64,000 bases of DNA from Planctomycetota bacterium. GTDB taxonomy: Bacteria > Planctomycetota > B15-G4. The stretch covers positions 1-64,000 of the forward strand of contig JBBQUR010000009.1 of the NCBI GenBank assembly GCA_038212275.1, given 5' to 3'. Shown here one piece after another: positions 9,270 to 20,300 of the stretch. Both the position numbers and the translations under genes were made by a program. Positions within the stretch are counted from its first letter, which is position 1, and the number at the start of each line of letters is the position of its first letter. Below the pieces are notes generated by a model, which did not search any database, was not told the origin of the DNA, and saw only the letters and a program-made list of their open reading frames with translations.

Positions 9270-10254
9270 CGCGACGGCTCCTTCGTGCTGTGACGAGGCC
9301 GAAGCACTTGGCAACCTCTTCAGGTTTGATGGAGAGTTCAGCGGCAAAGCGTGGAACCTCGAACGCAAGCAAGTCACGCAAGTAGCTGCTAGGTGACAAG
9401 GAGACGAGCTTGGCCAATCGGCCGCTGATGTCCGTGAAGACTCGACGGTTCTTAAGGTAGGCATGCGCTACGGCAAGGTTGTAGAGCACCATCCATTCGT
9501 CAGGACCGTTCAGCAGCGCCCTTTCCCCGATCGCCGCGGCATCCGAGTACTTCTCCTGTCGGATGAAGGCGAGCATCAGGTTGCTCCGCGCATATTGCTG
9601 CATTTGTGGAGAGAGTGGCTGCTCAAGCAGTGAGCGCAGCGCTTGCTCGGCCTTTTCCGGCTGCTTCTTGAAGATGTGCACCTGCGACATGCCCAGCACT
9701 TGCCTCGGCGAGGCGCCTTCCACGTTCTCGAGGATGTGCAGGCAGCTTGCGGCGGCGCGCAGGGCGTCGGCCTCGGCGGGGGCCACGGCGGGCACGCCCT
9801 TCATGTCCAGCTTGGTGGACTTGGGGTCGCGGCGCTGGTGGGCGGTGCGCAGTTCGCGGGCGACGACGGGGGCTTCGCGCGGTTCGACGACGCGGCGGAC
9901 GCGGCGCTCGAGGTTCGGGAGCTGGATCAGGCACGCCTTCGCCAGCTCGTAGGCGAGGTCGGCGAACTTGCTCGTGCCGGAGCGCGCGGCGACGCGCAGG
10001 ATGCTCTCCACGGCGGTGCCGTCGCCAGCGCTGCCAGGCTCCGACGCGAGCTGAGATACGGCGTCGCCCTGGAGTTCGAGCGCGTGCAGCGCCGAACTGC
10101 ACGGCCCGCAGCTCGCGATGTGCGCGGCCAGGTCGCTCGTCGGCGCGGCTCCCTTGCGGCGCGCTTCGAGCGCGTTCTCGTAGGCGGCCTGGGCCTGCGC
10201 GCCGGTCATGCCGCACGCGTCCTCTGCGGGCTTCTTCTTGCGTGGGGGCGTCAT
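9259..10254 (-). CDS. Zinc-finger (ZAS, HxxxCxxC) anti-sigma-like protein with C-terminal TPR-like repeats, no obvious TM segment
   Basis: HIASCGPC at residues 45-52 plus Cys14; ATGA overlap with the upstream sigma-like gene; TPR-like helices (NLMLAFIRQEKYSDAAAIGERAL...VLYNLAVAHAYL). Confidence 0.72.
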   Translation of the reverse strand: MTPPRKKKPAEDACGMTGAQAQAAYENALEARRKGAAPTSDLAAHIASCGPCSSALHALELQGDAVSQLASEPGSAGDGTAVESILRVAARSGTSKFADLAYELAKACLIQLPNLERRVRRVVEPREAPVVARELRTAHQRRDPKSTKLDMKGVPAVAPAEADALRAAASCLHILENVEGASPRQVLGMSQVHIFKKQPEKAEQALRSLLEQPLSPQMQQYARSNLMLAFIRQEKYSDAAAIGERALLNGPDEWMVLYNLAVAHAYLKNRRVFTDISGRLAKLVSLSPSSYLRDLLAFEVPRFAAELSIKPEEVAKCFGLVTARRSRRDAS

Positions 10255-10970
10255 GCGCGTCGCATTCTACCCGTGCTTCCGGGTGGATCCCTGTCGCTGT
10301 TCGACAGGCTGATGAAGTGTGCGGCGATCGCCGCGGCCAGGCGTACGCGCGCCTTGCGCAGCCGACGTTTCGCCATCGAGTCGCGCAGGCCGGCGGTGCG
10401 CGCCAGCGCGGCGAGCGGCGTGCCATCGACGTCGGCTGCGAGCAGCAGGCACCGGTCGTCCTCGCTCAGGTCATGGAAGGCGTGGTTGGCGACGACGAGG
10501 AATCGCACGCCGAGGCGGCCGGGCCCGGCGAGCGCGCGCATGTGTTCGTGCGCATCTTCGGGCAGCAGATCCGGGCGTGCCTCGCAGCGCGCGGTCGCGT
10601 CCCGGAGCGCGTCGAGCCGCTGCTGCGCGAGCAGGCGCATCGACTGCTCGGCGGCGCCAAGGACGTCGGGCTCGTCGACGACCGGGTCGCGAAGGTCCGT
10701 GAAGATGCCGGCCAGGTGGTCGGCGAGCAGTTGCGAGGCGGGGAGCGCGAGGCCGAGCTCGCGGGTGATGCGGTGCGCGACAGGCAGCAGCGGCGCTTCG
10801 AGGGCCAGCACGAGTTGCCGGAACGCCGAGACGTCGTTGCTGCGCAGGAAACGGAGTCGCAGTTCGCGGGCCTTGCGGTTCAGCTCGGCGCGCGCCGCAT
10901 CGATCGGACGGCGGGGCCGTCGCGGCTCGCGCCCGCGCTCCGGTTGGCTGCCCATGTCTGCGTCCGACAC
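10251..10970 (-). CDS. Divergent ECF-type sigma factor-like protein
   Basis: Region-2-like SNDVSAFRQLV...LLPVAHRI and region-4-like AFHDLSEDDRCLLLAADVDGTPLAALARTAGLRDSMAKRRLRKARVRL; canonical DAED motif absent; GTG start at 10970 chosen by alignment to the paralog. Confidence 0.65.
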   Translation of the reverse strand: MSDADMGSQPERGREPRRPRRPIDAARAELNRKARELRLRFLRSNDVSAFRQLVLALEAPLLPVAHRITRELGLALPASQLLADHLAGIFTDLRDPVVDEPDVLGAAEQSMRLLAQQRLDALRDATARCEARPDLLPEDAHEHMRALAGPGRLGVRFLVVANHAFHDLSEDDRCLLLAADVDGTPLAALARTAGLRDSMAKRRLRKARVRLAAAIAAHFISLSNSDRDPPGSTGRMRRA

Positions 10971-11055
10971 CGCACTCTCGCCCGCGTGGTTGCGCGATCC
11001 ATATCCCGAGGCTGCCCGTCTCCCGCGCCGGAGAGAGGCCGGAACGACGACGCTC

Positions 11056-11085
11056 ACGATAGTGCGGCCTTCCGGAGAAAGTCAA
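11056..11085 (-). promoter_or_regulatory. sigma70-like promoter for the sigma/anti-sigma operon
   Basis: TTGACT-N18-TATCGT on the minus strand, about 86 nt upstream of GTG 10970. Confidence 0.6.
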
Positions 11086-11145
11086 GCGCGGACGTCCGCC
11101 CCATCGCAGAATTCAGCGGCCTGGACGGGGAGCCCCGCGCCTTGC

Positions 11146-11721
11146 CTACCAGCCCTCATCCGGGTCGGGCACGTCGCCGCGAAGCATTTCGATGTCGAGC
11201 TGGTCCCGCAGCGCCTTCGACCGCCTGCGGCGCGGATCGGCAGCGGCCCGCTGCTTCAGCGCGATGAGGTCCTCGCGCCGCACGATACGCACCGTCCTGC
11301 CTGCAAACGGATGGCTCTCGGCTCGCTCGATCGCGGCGTCGAAGAACGGATCGAAGGCGACCTGCACGGGGTCGCCCGATGCGTGCAGCAGGTTGACGCT
11401 GTGCTCGAACCGCCCGCGCAGCGTGAACCCCGCCGCGAGGAAGTGGGCGATGACGAGCTCGCGGTCGACACTCGAAAGGACCGCGAAGTTGACATCGATG
11501 GCGGCGCTCGGGAGCCGTGTGTGAACGGCCACCGCCAGCCCGCCGATCAGCGCATGCGCCATGCCGGAACGCTCGAACACTGCGGCTGCGTCGGTCAGCG
11601 CGCGCTCGAGCGAGGATGGCTCGGACACGGCACCGCCACCCCAGGCGCCGGACACGAGGTTTCTGTCGCGTGCCGTGAGCGCCGAGACGATCCGGATGAT
11701 CTCTGCCGCTGAGCGATCCAT
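11146..11721 (-). CDS. Nucleotidyltransferase-fold protein (AbiEii/MNT-like), possibly degenerate
   Basis: HALIGGLAVAVH...AIDVNFAV and VRIVRREDLIALKQRAA...DQLDIEML motifs; start uncertain (ATG 11721 or GTG 11628). Confidence 0.7.
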   Translation of the reverse strand: MDRSAAEIIRIVSALTARDRNLVSGAWGGGAVSEPSSLERALTDAAAVFERSGMAHALIGGLAVAVHTRLPSAAIDVNFAVLSSVDRELVIAHFLAAGFTLRGRFEHSVNLLHASGDPVQVAFDPFFDAAIERAESHPFAGRTVRIVRREDLIALKQRAAADPRRRRSKALRDQLDIEMLRGDVPDPDEGW

Positions 11722-11862
11722 GGCCGCCAGCCTAGCAGGTGGCGGCGTGCGCTCCCGGCCGGACCTTCGGCGCGCCGGCGGGGGCGCGCTCGCCTTGAAC
11801 AGCAGACCCGAACCCCGCAGCGTCGCGGCCACCGTTCCCGCGGCGCCGCGACCTTGGTCCCC

Positions 11863-13527
11863 CTACGCGATGACCTTCGGCACCTTCACCGCGCGCACTT
11901 CATCCGGCCTGCCGATGTTCCGCGTGTGCGGCGCGGTGCGCAGCAGTTCCGGATCCGTCTCCGCCTCGCGCCAGATGGCGAGCATCACGTCGCAGAAGCG
12001 ATCCAGCGTCTCTTTGCTCTCCGTCTCCGTCGGCTCGATCATGAGCGCCTCGGGGACGATGAGCGGGAAGTAGATGGTCGGCGGGTGGATGCCGTAGTCG
12101 ATGAGGCGCTTGGCGACATCGAGCGCGCGGATGCCGTTGGGCATGCCCTTGGCCGAGAGCACGACCTCGTGCATGCAGGTCTCGTCGTTCCACACGCGCC
12201 AGGTCTTGTGCAGCCGCGCGCGGATGTAGTTGGCATTGAGCACGGCGTTGTCGGCGACGGCCTTCAGGCCCTCGGGGCCGTTGGCGCGCATGTAGGTGTA
12301 GGCCCGCACCATGACGCCGGCATTGCCCATGAAGCCGCGCGTGCGGCCGATGCTCTTGCTCGCCTTGTTCACCGTGAAGTAGCGGTGACCCGTGACCTTG
12401 CCGCTCTTGTCCTTGAGTTCCTTGCGGTCGACCTTCGGCACCGGGAGGTAGGGGCCCAGCGCGGCGCTCACCGCGATGGGGCCGGCGCCCGGCCCGCCGC
12501 CGCCGTGCGGCTGGCTGAAGGTCTTGTGCAGGTTGAAGTGCATGACGTCCACGCCGAAGTCGCCGGGCCGCGTGCGGCCGACGATGGCGTTCATGTTCGC
12601 GCCGTCCATGTACACGAGGCCGCCGGCCTTGTGCACGCGGTCCGTGATCGCGCGGATGTTCTTCACGAAGAGCCCGAGCGTGCTCGGGTTGGTGATCATC
12701 AGCCCGGCGATGTCCTTGCCGTTGCCGATCTTTGCTTCGAGGTCGGCGAGATCCACGGCACCGCCCTCGGTGCTCTTGAGCTCGCGCGTGTCGAAACCGG
12801 CGATGGTGCAGCTCGCGGGGTTCGTGCCGTGCGCGCTGTCCGGGATGAGGATGACCTTCTTCTTGCGGCCGCCGTTCCTGTCGAGGTACTTGCGCATCAC
12901 CATGAGCGCGGTGAGCTCGCCGTGCGCGCCCGCCGCGGGGTGCAGGCTCACGAAGGGCAGCCCCGACACCGCGATGAGCCAGCGCTCGACGCGCCAGAAC
13001 AGCTCGAGCATGCCCTGGCACTGGTCGTCGGTCTGCATCGGATGCAGGTCGCCGAAACCCGGCAGCGCCGCGGCCGACTCGTTGATGAGCGGGTTGTATT
13101 TCATCGTGCACGAGCCGAGCGGATAGAAGGCGTTGGCGATGCTGAAGTTCAGCGACGACAGCCGCGTGTAGTGCCGCATCGCGTCCAGCTCGCCGATCTC
13201 CGGCAGCGCCGCCGCGGTCTTGCGCACCGAGTGCGCCGGCAGAACCTTGGCCGGATCGACGGCGGGCACGCCCTGCAACCCCGGCGGACGCACGCCGCGC
13301 CGGCCGGGCACGGATGCCTCGAACACGGTGAAGGGCCGCGGGATCTCCGGCGCGAGCACGCGGCCGGCGGGGGAACCAGCAGCGCCGCCCGCGGCACCGG
13401 CTGCAGCGCCGTCCTGCGCATGAGCTGCGCCGCCTGGGACGTGCGCACCGGCCGCACCACCTGCATGCGCGCCGTTGTTCGGGGAGTCCGGGCTGGCGGG
13501 GTGCTTGGGCAGATCCATGGTGGTCAC
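11863..13527 (-). CDS. gcvPB: Glycine dehydrogenase (decarboxylating) subunit 2
   Basis: YPLGSCTMKYNP, PAAGAHGE, DSAHGTNPAS, MDGANMNA, HFNLHKTFSQPHGGGGPG and LMIEPTETE motifs. Confidence 0.95.
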   Translation of the reverse strand: MTTMDLPKHPASPDSPNNGAHAGGAAGAHVPGGAAHAQDGAAAGAAGGAAGSPAGRVLAPEIPRPFTVFEASVPGRRGVRPPGLQGVPAVDPAKVLPAHSVRKTAAALPEIGELDAMRHYTRLSSLNFSIANAFYPLGSCTMKYNPLINESAAALPGFGDLHPMQTDDQCQGMLELFWRVERWLIAVSGLPFVSLHPAAGAHGELTALMVMRKYLDRNGGRKKKVILIPDSAHGTNPASCTIAGFDTRELKSTEGGAVDLADLEAKIGNGKDIAGLMITNPSTLGLFVKNIRAITDRVHKAGGLVYMDGANMNAIVGRTRPGDFGVDVMHFNLHKTFSQPHGGGGPGAGPIAVSAALGPYLPVPKVDRKELKDKSGKVTGHRYFTVNKASKSIGRTRGFMGNAGVMVRAYTYMRANGPEGLKAVADNAVLNANYIRARLHKTWRVWNDETCMHEVVLSAKGMPNGIRALDVAKRLIDYGIHPPTIYFPLIVPEALMIEPTETESKETLDRFCDVMLAIWREAETDPELLRTAPHTRNIGRPDEVRAVKVPKVIA

Positions 13528-14909
13528 CGGATGGTCTCCAGAGCGAGCACGAGTCGATCGATCTCGTCCTTGGTGTTCATGTCTGTCACGGCGAGCAGCC
13601 AGTCGTTGGGGCGCGCGGGGTCCACGCGCCCGACATCGAAGCCGCCGATGATGTCGTGCTTGCGCAGCAGCTCACGGTTCACGCGCGCGGCGGGCACGGG
13701 ACCCGTCACGCTGAATTCCTTGAAGAAGGACTGCTTCGGGTAGGTGAGCTTCCAGCCCGGAATCACGGCGATGCGCGACGCGGCGTAGTGCGCGCGGGCC
13801 AGGTTGGTGCGGCCCAGTTCCGTGAAGCCGTCCTTGCCGAGCAGCGACATCCAGATCGTCGCGCGCAGCGCCATGAGCTGCTGGCTGGTGCAGATGTTGG
13901 ACGTGGCCTTGGCGCGGCGGATGTGCTGCTCGCGCGTCTGGAAGGTGAGCACCACGGCGCGCCGGCCCTTGCCGTCCACCGTCTCTCCCGCGATGCGCGC
14001 CGGCATCTGGCGCACGGATTCCATCTTCGCGCAGAGGTAGCCGACGCCCGGTCCACCGAACCACGGCTTGTTGCCCATCGGCGTGGCCTCGCCGCAGACC
14101 ATGTCCGCACCCTGGTCGCCGGGTGCTTCCAGCACGGAGAGCGCGATCGGGTCGGCGCTCACGACGGCCATCGCGCCGAGCTTGTGCGCCGCGTCGCAGA
14201 GCGCGCGCACGTCTTCGACGACGCCGAAGAAGTTGGGGCTCTGCAGCGCGACGGCGGCGACCACCGGCGCGACACCCTTGCTGGCTGCGGTGGCGGCGGC
14301 GACGGCCTTGCCGAGCGCGTCCGCGGGCGTCGCGCCCTCGGCGAGGTCGACCTCGATCACGCCGTAGCCGAGGCTGCCCATGTAGGTCTTCACGGCGCCG
14401 ATCGCATCCGGGTGCAGGCCCTTGCTCAGCACGACGTGCGTCGGAGTGCTCGCGTCTTTCAGGCGCAGCGCCATGAGCAGCGCTTCCACCACGGCGGTCG
14501 CGCCGTCATAGAGCGAGGCGTTGGAGACCTCCATGCCGGTGAGGCGGCACATCATCGTCTGCCACTCGAAGATGGTGGTCAGCGTGCCCTGGCTCGCCTC
14601 GGGCTGGTACGGCGTGTACGCCGTCCAGTACTCCGTGCGCGACACGAGGCTGTCCACGAGCGCCGGGCAGAAATGCCGGTACAGGCCCGCGCCGAGAAAG
14701 CTCGCGCGACCGTCGGCGCCGGTGTTGCGGCTGGCCAGCGAGCGCATCTCGCGCAGCAGCTCGTCCTCGGTGAGCGCGCGCTCCACGTCGAGAGCGCCGT
14801 GGAAGCGGCAGTCCTCGGGGATGGTGGACAGCAGCGCGTCCACGCTCGGGGCGCCGATGGTGGCCAGCATCGCCTTGCGATCGGCCTCGGTGTTCTGCAC
14901 GTAATTCAC
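13524..14909 (-). CDS. gcvPA: Glycine dehydrogenase (decarboxylating) subunit 1
   Basis: TAYTPYQPEASQGTL, SNASLYDGATA and QTREQHIRRAKATSNICT motifs; GTG start at 14909. Confidence 0.95.
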   Translation of the reverse strand: MNYVQNTEADRKAMLATIGAPSVDALLSTIPEDCRFHGALDVERALTEDELLREMRSLASRNTGADGRASFLGAGLYRHFCPALVDSLVSRTEYWTAYTPYQPEASQGTLTTIFEWQTMMCRLTGMEVSNASLYDGATAVVEALLMALRLKDASTPTHVVLSKGLHPDAIGAVKTYMGSLGYGVIEVDLAEGATPADALGKAVAAATAASKGVAPVVAAVALQSPNFFGVVEDVRALCDAAHKLGAMAVVSADPIALSVLEAPGDQGADMVCGEATPMGNKPWFGGPGVGYLCAKMESVRQMPARIAGETVDGKGRRAVVLTFQTREQHIRRAKATSNICTSQQLMALRATIWMSLLGKDGFTELGRTNLARAHYAASRIAVIPGWKLTYPKQSFFKEFSVTGPVPAARVNRELLRKHDIIGGFDVGRVDPARPNDWLLAVTDMNTKDEIDRLVLALETIR

Positions 14910-15024
14910 AGGGATCTCCGTGTGGTGCGCGCCGGGACGTCGGGACACCGAGCCTCGCGTGCCGTCGCGGCGCGCGAGCGAGGTGGAGCACCGTGACCGG
15001 CGCGCGCCGGTCGTCAGTAGCAGC

Positions 15025-15405
15025 TCAGGCTTGTTCCGCCACGTGCTTGTCGTAGGCCGCTGCGTCGAGCAGCGCGGCGCTGGGCTTGCCCTTCAGGCGC
15101 ACCTTGAGCATCCAGCCCTTGCCGTAGGGGTCGGAGTTGATCGCGCCGAGGTTGTCGGGCAGATCGGCGTTGACCTCGATGACCTCGCCGTCCACGGGGC
15201 TGTTGAGGTCCGAGACCGCCTTCACGGACTCGATCTCGCCGAAGCTCTTGCCGGCGCTCACCTTGGCGCCCACGTCGGGCAGGCCGAGATAGACCAGGTC
15301 CGACAGCGCGTGCGCCGCGTGATCCGTGATGCCGAGCGTGGCGACATCGCCCTCGATGCGTGCCCATTCGTGCGACGGCGTGTACTTCAGGTTGGTGGGA
15401 TTCAC
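15025..15405 (-). CDS. gcvH: Glycine cleavage system H protein
   Basis: YTPSHEW, GITDHA, lipoyl-lysine motif IESVKAVSDL, INSDPYGKGW. Confidence 0.96.
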   Translation of the reverse strand: MNPTNLKYTPSHEWARIEGDVATLGITDHAAHALSDLVYLGLPDVGAKVSAGKSFGEIESVKAVSDLNSPVDGEVIEVNADLPDNLGAINSDPYGKGWMLKVRLKGKPSAALLDAAAYDKHVAEQA

Positions 15406-15463
15406 TGCGGGTTGCTCCTGCTGCAGGCGCGGCGCGTGGCGCCGCGGGTTGGGGGTCGTGTGC

Positions 15464-16576
<1,113 letters not shown>

Positions 16577-16709
16577 GATGCGTGTTTCCCGGATTCCGGC
16601 TGGAAGCTCCGGATGATCCGGGAATCGCAGGCCCGGCGCCAGCCCCGGCGCGGTCCACGGCACGATCCACGGCACGAGCTGGCGGCGGCCGTCCCGAGGC
16701 GCGGGGGCG

Positions 16710-17246
16710 TCACTCGCCGAAGAGCTTGCGCGCCTCGTCGTCCCAGTCGATGTCGGTGCCTTCGCCGGGGCGGAGCGCCGGGCGCTCGCGGTGGCGCAGC
16801 ATCTCGTCGCGGCTCGCGAAATCTCCGAGCCTCGCAGGACGTGCCGGCGGCGTGAGCGGCCCCTTGTTCGGCCCCTTGGCCGCTTTCCGCGGTCGCGTGG
16901 ACTCGATGATGATGCGGTACTCGGGCCGCGCGGTCGTCGCGCGCTTCCTGTCGCTCAGCAGCGTCTCGATGAAGTCGTCGGGGAAGCCCTCGATCAGGAA
17001 GCGCGCCGGATCGGCGCTGCGTGCGCGGGTGAAGAACAGCGCCGCACGCTGCATCTCGTTCTCGCGGTAGCTGATCTTGCCGAGCAGCAGGCAGGCTTCG
17101 TAGGTCTCGTAGCCGTACTGCAGCGCCTCCTGAAAGTGCTTCCCCGCAGTGCGCATCCGGCCAAGCCGATAGGCACGGCGCCCGCTCCACACGTGGTAGC
17201 GGGCGCGCAGGTTGAGCAGCGATCGTCGCAGCGGGAAGGCAGTCAT
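16710..17246 (-). CDS. TPR-containing hypothetical protein
   Basis: TPR-like helices (GRRAYRLGRMRTAGKHFQEAL; YEACLLLGKISYRENEMQRAALFFTRARSADP); co-oriented upstream of the gcv operon. Confidence 0.65.
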   Translation of the reverse strand: MTAFPLRRSLLNLRARYHVWSGRRAYRLGRMRTAGKHFQEALQYGYETYEACLLLGKISYRENEMQRAALFFTRARSADPARFLIEGFPDDFIETLLSDRKRATTARPEYRIIIESTRPRKAAKGPNKGPLTPPARPARLGDFASRDEMLRHRERPALRPGEGTDIDWDDEARKLFGE

Positions 17247-17363
17247 CGGATCAGGCCGGCCGGGGAGGCCGCCGGGACACGCAGCTCGCGCGTCGGCAGC
17301 GGCGGAATCCTAGCACGCATTGCGCGGCGGGTCACGGAAGCGGAGGGCTCGCGCCGGGCCTCC

Positions 17364-20300
17364 TCACGAGTCCAGGGCGACCACCTGCGGCTTGCTCCCG
17401 GCGAGCGTCACCGTGGTGCTCAGCAGCGTCTCGCCGGCCGATATCACGGTGAGGTGATATGAACCCGGCGCAAAGGTTCCGAGGTTGAGCGCCGAGCCGA
17501 TGTCGCTCATCGACATGACGTCGCTCATGGCCACCAGCCCTGTGGGCACCGGCCCGTCGGGCCCGACGAGCGTGACCTGGAGCGAGCCGGCGGGGTGGCT
17601 TCCGGTGGCCAGTTGCAGCGAGATGCCCGGCTCGAGCCGGACGTCCTGCCGCGTGACGGCCCCCTCGCGCACCAGCAGGCCGGGCACGAGCTTCAGCGCA
17701 TGCGTCCCGTCGCGGAAGGCCAGCGTCCAGCTCCCCCCCTGCAGCGAACCGATCGCGTAGGCGCCACCCGCGTCGCTGGCCACTTCGGACAGCGTGGACT
17801 GCCAGGCTCCGTTGGCGTCGGCCACCCAGACACCGACGTCGGCGAGCGGGACGCCGGAGGTGCTGCGCACCGTGCCCTCGATGCTGCCCGCCGGGCGCAC
17901 CTTCACGCGGATCCCGAAGCCCGGGCCGGAGGAGTTGACGGTCTGTCCCTCCACGAGGGTCTGCGCCCAGCCCCTGGCGCCCATGCCGATCATGTTCTGC
18001 CCGCCGACGACCAGCGTGTACGTGCCGCCCGGCAGAAACCGGAAGCGGAAGGCGCCCGAGGCATCCGTGTAGGACTCGCCCACGCGGCCGTTCGTCGCCT
18101 GGGCCAGGCCGAAGGTCGGGCGGTCGGCGTCCGTGCGCGAGAGCACCACGCGCACGCCCGGCACGAAGCTTCCGTCCACGGCACTTTCCACGGTGCCGTG
18201 CAGCTCGCCTCCCGGCAGCGCGACGTCGTGGACCTGCTCGGCCAGCCCGCCGATGGTGAGCTGCTCCGAGACGGGCGACGTCGCCTGCCCGGTGCTGGCC
18301 GCGTTGCTGGTGTCGACGACCGAGACCTGCAGCACGTACCGGCCCGGTGCGATGCCCGCAATCTCGTAGCGGCCGTCCTTGTCGCAGCCGGAAAACTGCA
18401 TGGAGGTCATGCCGCCCTGCTCGGGAATGAGGCTCAGCATGGCGCCGTTCACGGGGCCGTCGCTGGCTGCGACGCGCCCGGTGAGGCGCGTGCCTTCCGT
18501 GCCCTTGGGGGCGAGGTCCAGCTCCTTGTCCTCGTTGTCGACGAGGGTCACGGTGCGGAAGACCATGTCCTTCATCATGTCGGCGGGATTGCCCTTGCCG
18601 ACGCTCATCGTGAAGTCCATGCGCATCACGGTGTAGGCGCCGGGGGCGAGCCCCTCGACGCGGTAGAGCCCTTCGCTGTCCGAGGCGGAGCGCTTGATGC
18701 TGGCGCCACTGGTGCTGGAGGCCATGACCACGACGTCCGGCACGGGCCGGCCGGTTGCATCGAGCACGCGTCCGTGCACCGCCGAGCCGGCCGACAGCGC
18801 GAGCGCCCCCAGGTCGCGCGACTCGCCGGGCACGAGCACCAGCTCCGGAACGGCCAGCTCGCGGAAACTGTCGTGCCGCACGGTGAGATTCACGGCGGCG
18901 TTGCCGCTCAGTCCGCCGAGCTCGAAGTGACCCGCCTTGTCGGTGGTGGACTCGGGTCCCGTGCCGACGAGATTCTCGGTCAGCGCGCTCAGCATCCCGC
19001 GCTTGGCGGTGGACACGCTGGCGCCTTCCACGGGGTGCCCGTCGCGAGCGGACACGACGCTGCCGGAGAGCGTCGCTTCCGGCGGCAGCATGACGACGAG
19101 ACCGCGCGTGCCGGCGGCGCCCACTTCCAGGCCGCCGTGCAGCGTGGTGCCGAAGCCGGCGCTCGAGACGGTGAGGTCGTAGTCGCCGGGTTCCACGTCC
19201 TCCAGCGTGAAGGTGCCGTCCTCCCGGCCGCGGAAGACCCGGGCCGACTTCATGCTGCCCATGCGCTCCTGCATCTTCTCCATGTTCGCGAGGTCGAAGA
19301 GGCCGCCCGCGGGCAGGAGGCTCACGCGGAAGTCGGACACGGGTTCGCCGTCCACGAGCGACACCACGATGCCCGACACCGTGGTGAGCGGGGAGAGCGT
19401 CATGAGCACGTGCAGGTCGCCGGCCGTCGCGTCCTGCTTGATGGCGCTGAAGCCGCTGGCGCGCGCACGCAGCACCAGCTTGCCTTCTTCCAGACCGCCG
19501 ATGCGGAAGGCGCCGTCCGTGTCGGTGTTCACCGAGTCGCGATAGCGGCCGTCCATCGCGGCGGACGTGTCCGTGAAACTCGTGGGACGCGAGGCGTACA
19601 CGGTCGCCCCGGCCACGGGCTGGCCGGCCTCGTCCTCGATGCGACCGGCGACCTCCAGGCCGGGGTCCGCGAGCAGCACGATGTCCGCGACCGCCATGCC
19701 GCCCTTCAGTTCGAGCTGTTCGCTGCGCGCGATCCGCCAGTCGTCGTCGCCGAGCACGACCTCCCAGGTGCCGTCCGGGATCGCCTCGAAGCGGAAGCGG
19801 CCGTCCGCGTCGGTGCGGGTGTCGTCGCGCCCCAGAGCCGACATCATGGCGGCGTTCGCCATGTTCATCACGTTCACGTCGAGGCGGGCCAGGTGCACCT
19901 TCGCGCGGGCGAGCGGCGCAGCGCCCGCCTGTTTCACGACGCCGGTGATGACGTTGCCCTCGGCCAGCGTGAGGTCGAGCACGCGCTGCTCGCCGGCGTG
20001 AAGCGGCGTGAGGTCCGCATGGGCGGGCTGCCGATTGCCGCTGTCGATGCTCGCGCCGACCTGGAGCTTCAGGCCGACGGGAATCCGGCGCACCAGATAG
20101 CGGCCCTCCGCGTCCGCCTCCGCCTCCATGCCCAGCATGCGCGCGCTGCTGTCGAAGACCGAGAAGGGATCGAAGGTCGTGCCCAGTTTCAGCTCGGCCC
20201 TGGCGACACCCGCGCCGTCGGCATCCGTGATGCGCCCGGAGAGACTCGCGCCGCGCACCAGCAGCAGTTCCACCGAGTCCTGCCCGGAGCGCACGGCCAC

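Noticed and set aside
7253..11721. Prophage or integrative element
   Set aside because: No integrase, phage genes, tRNA or flanking att-like direct repeats seen
16577..16709. Glycine riboswitch upstream of gcvT
   Set aside because: No GGAGA...CCGAAG...CTCTCAGG-type aptamer motifs; the operon appears to continue from the upstream TPR gene
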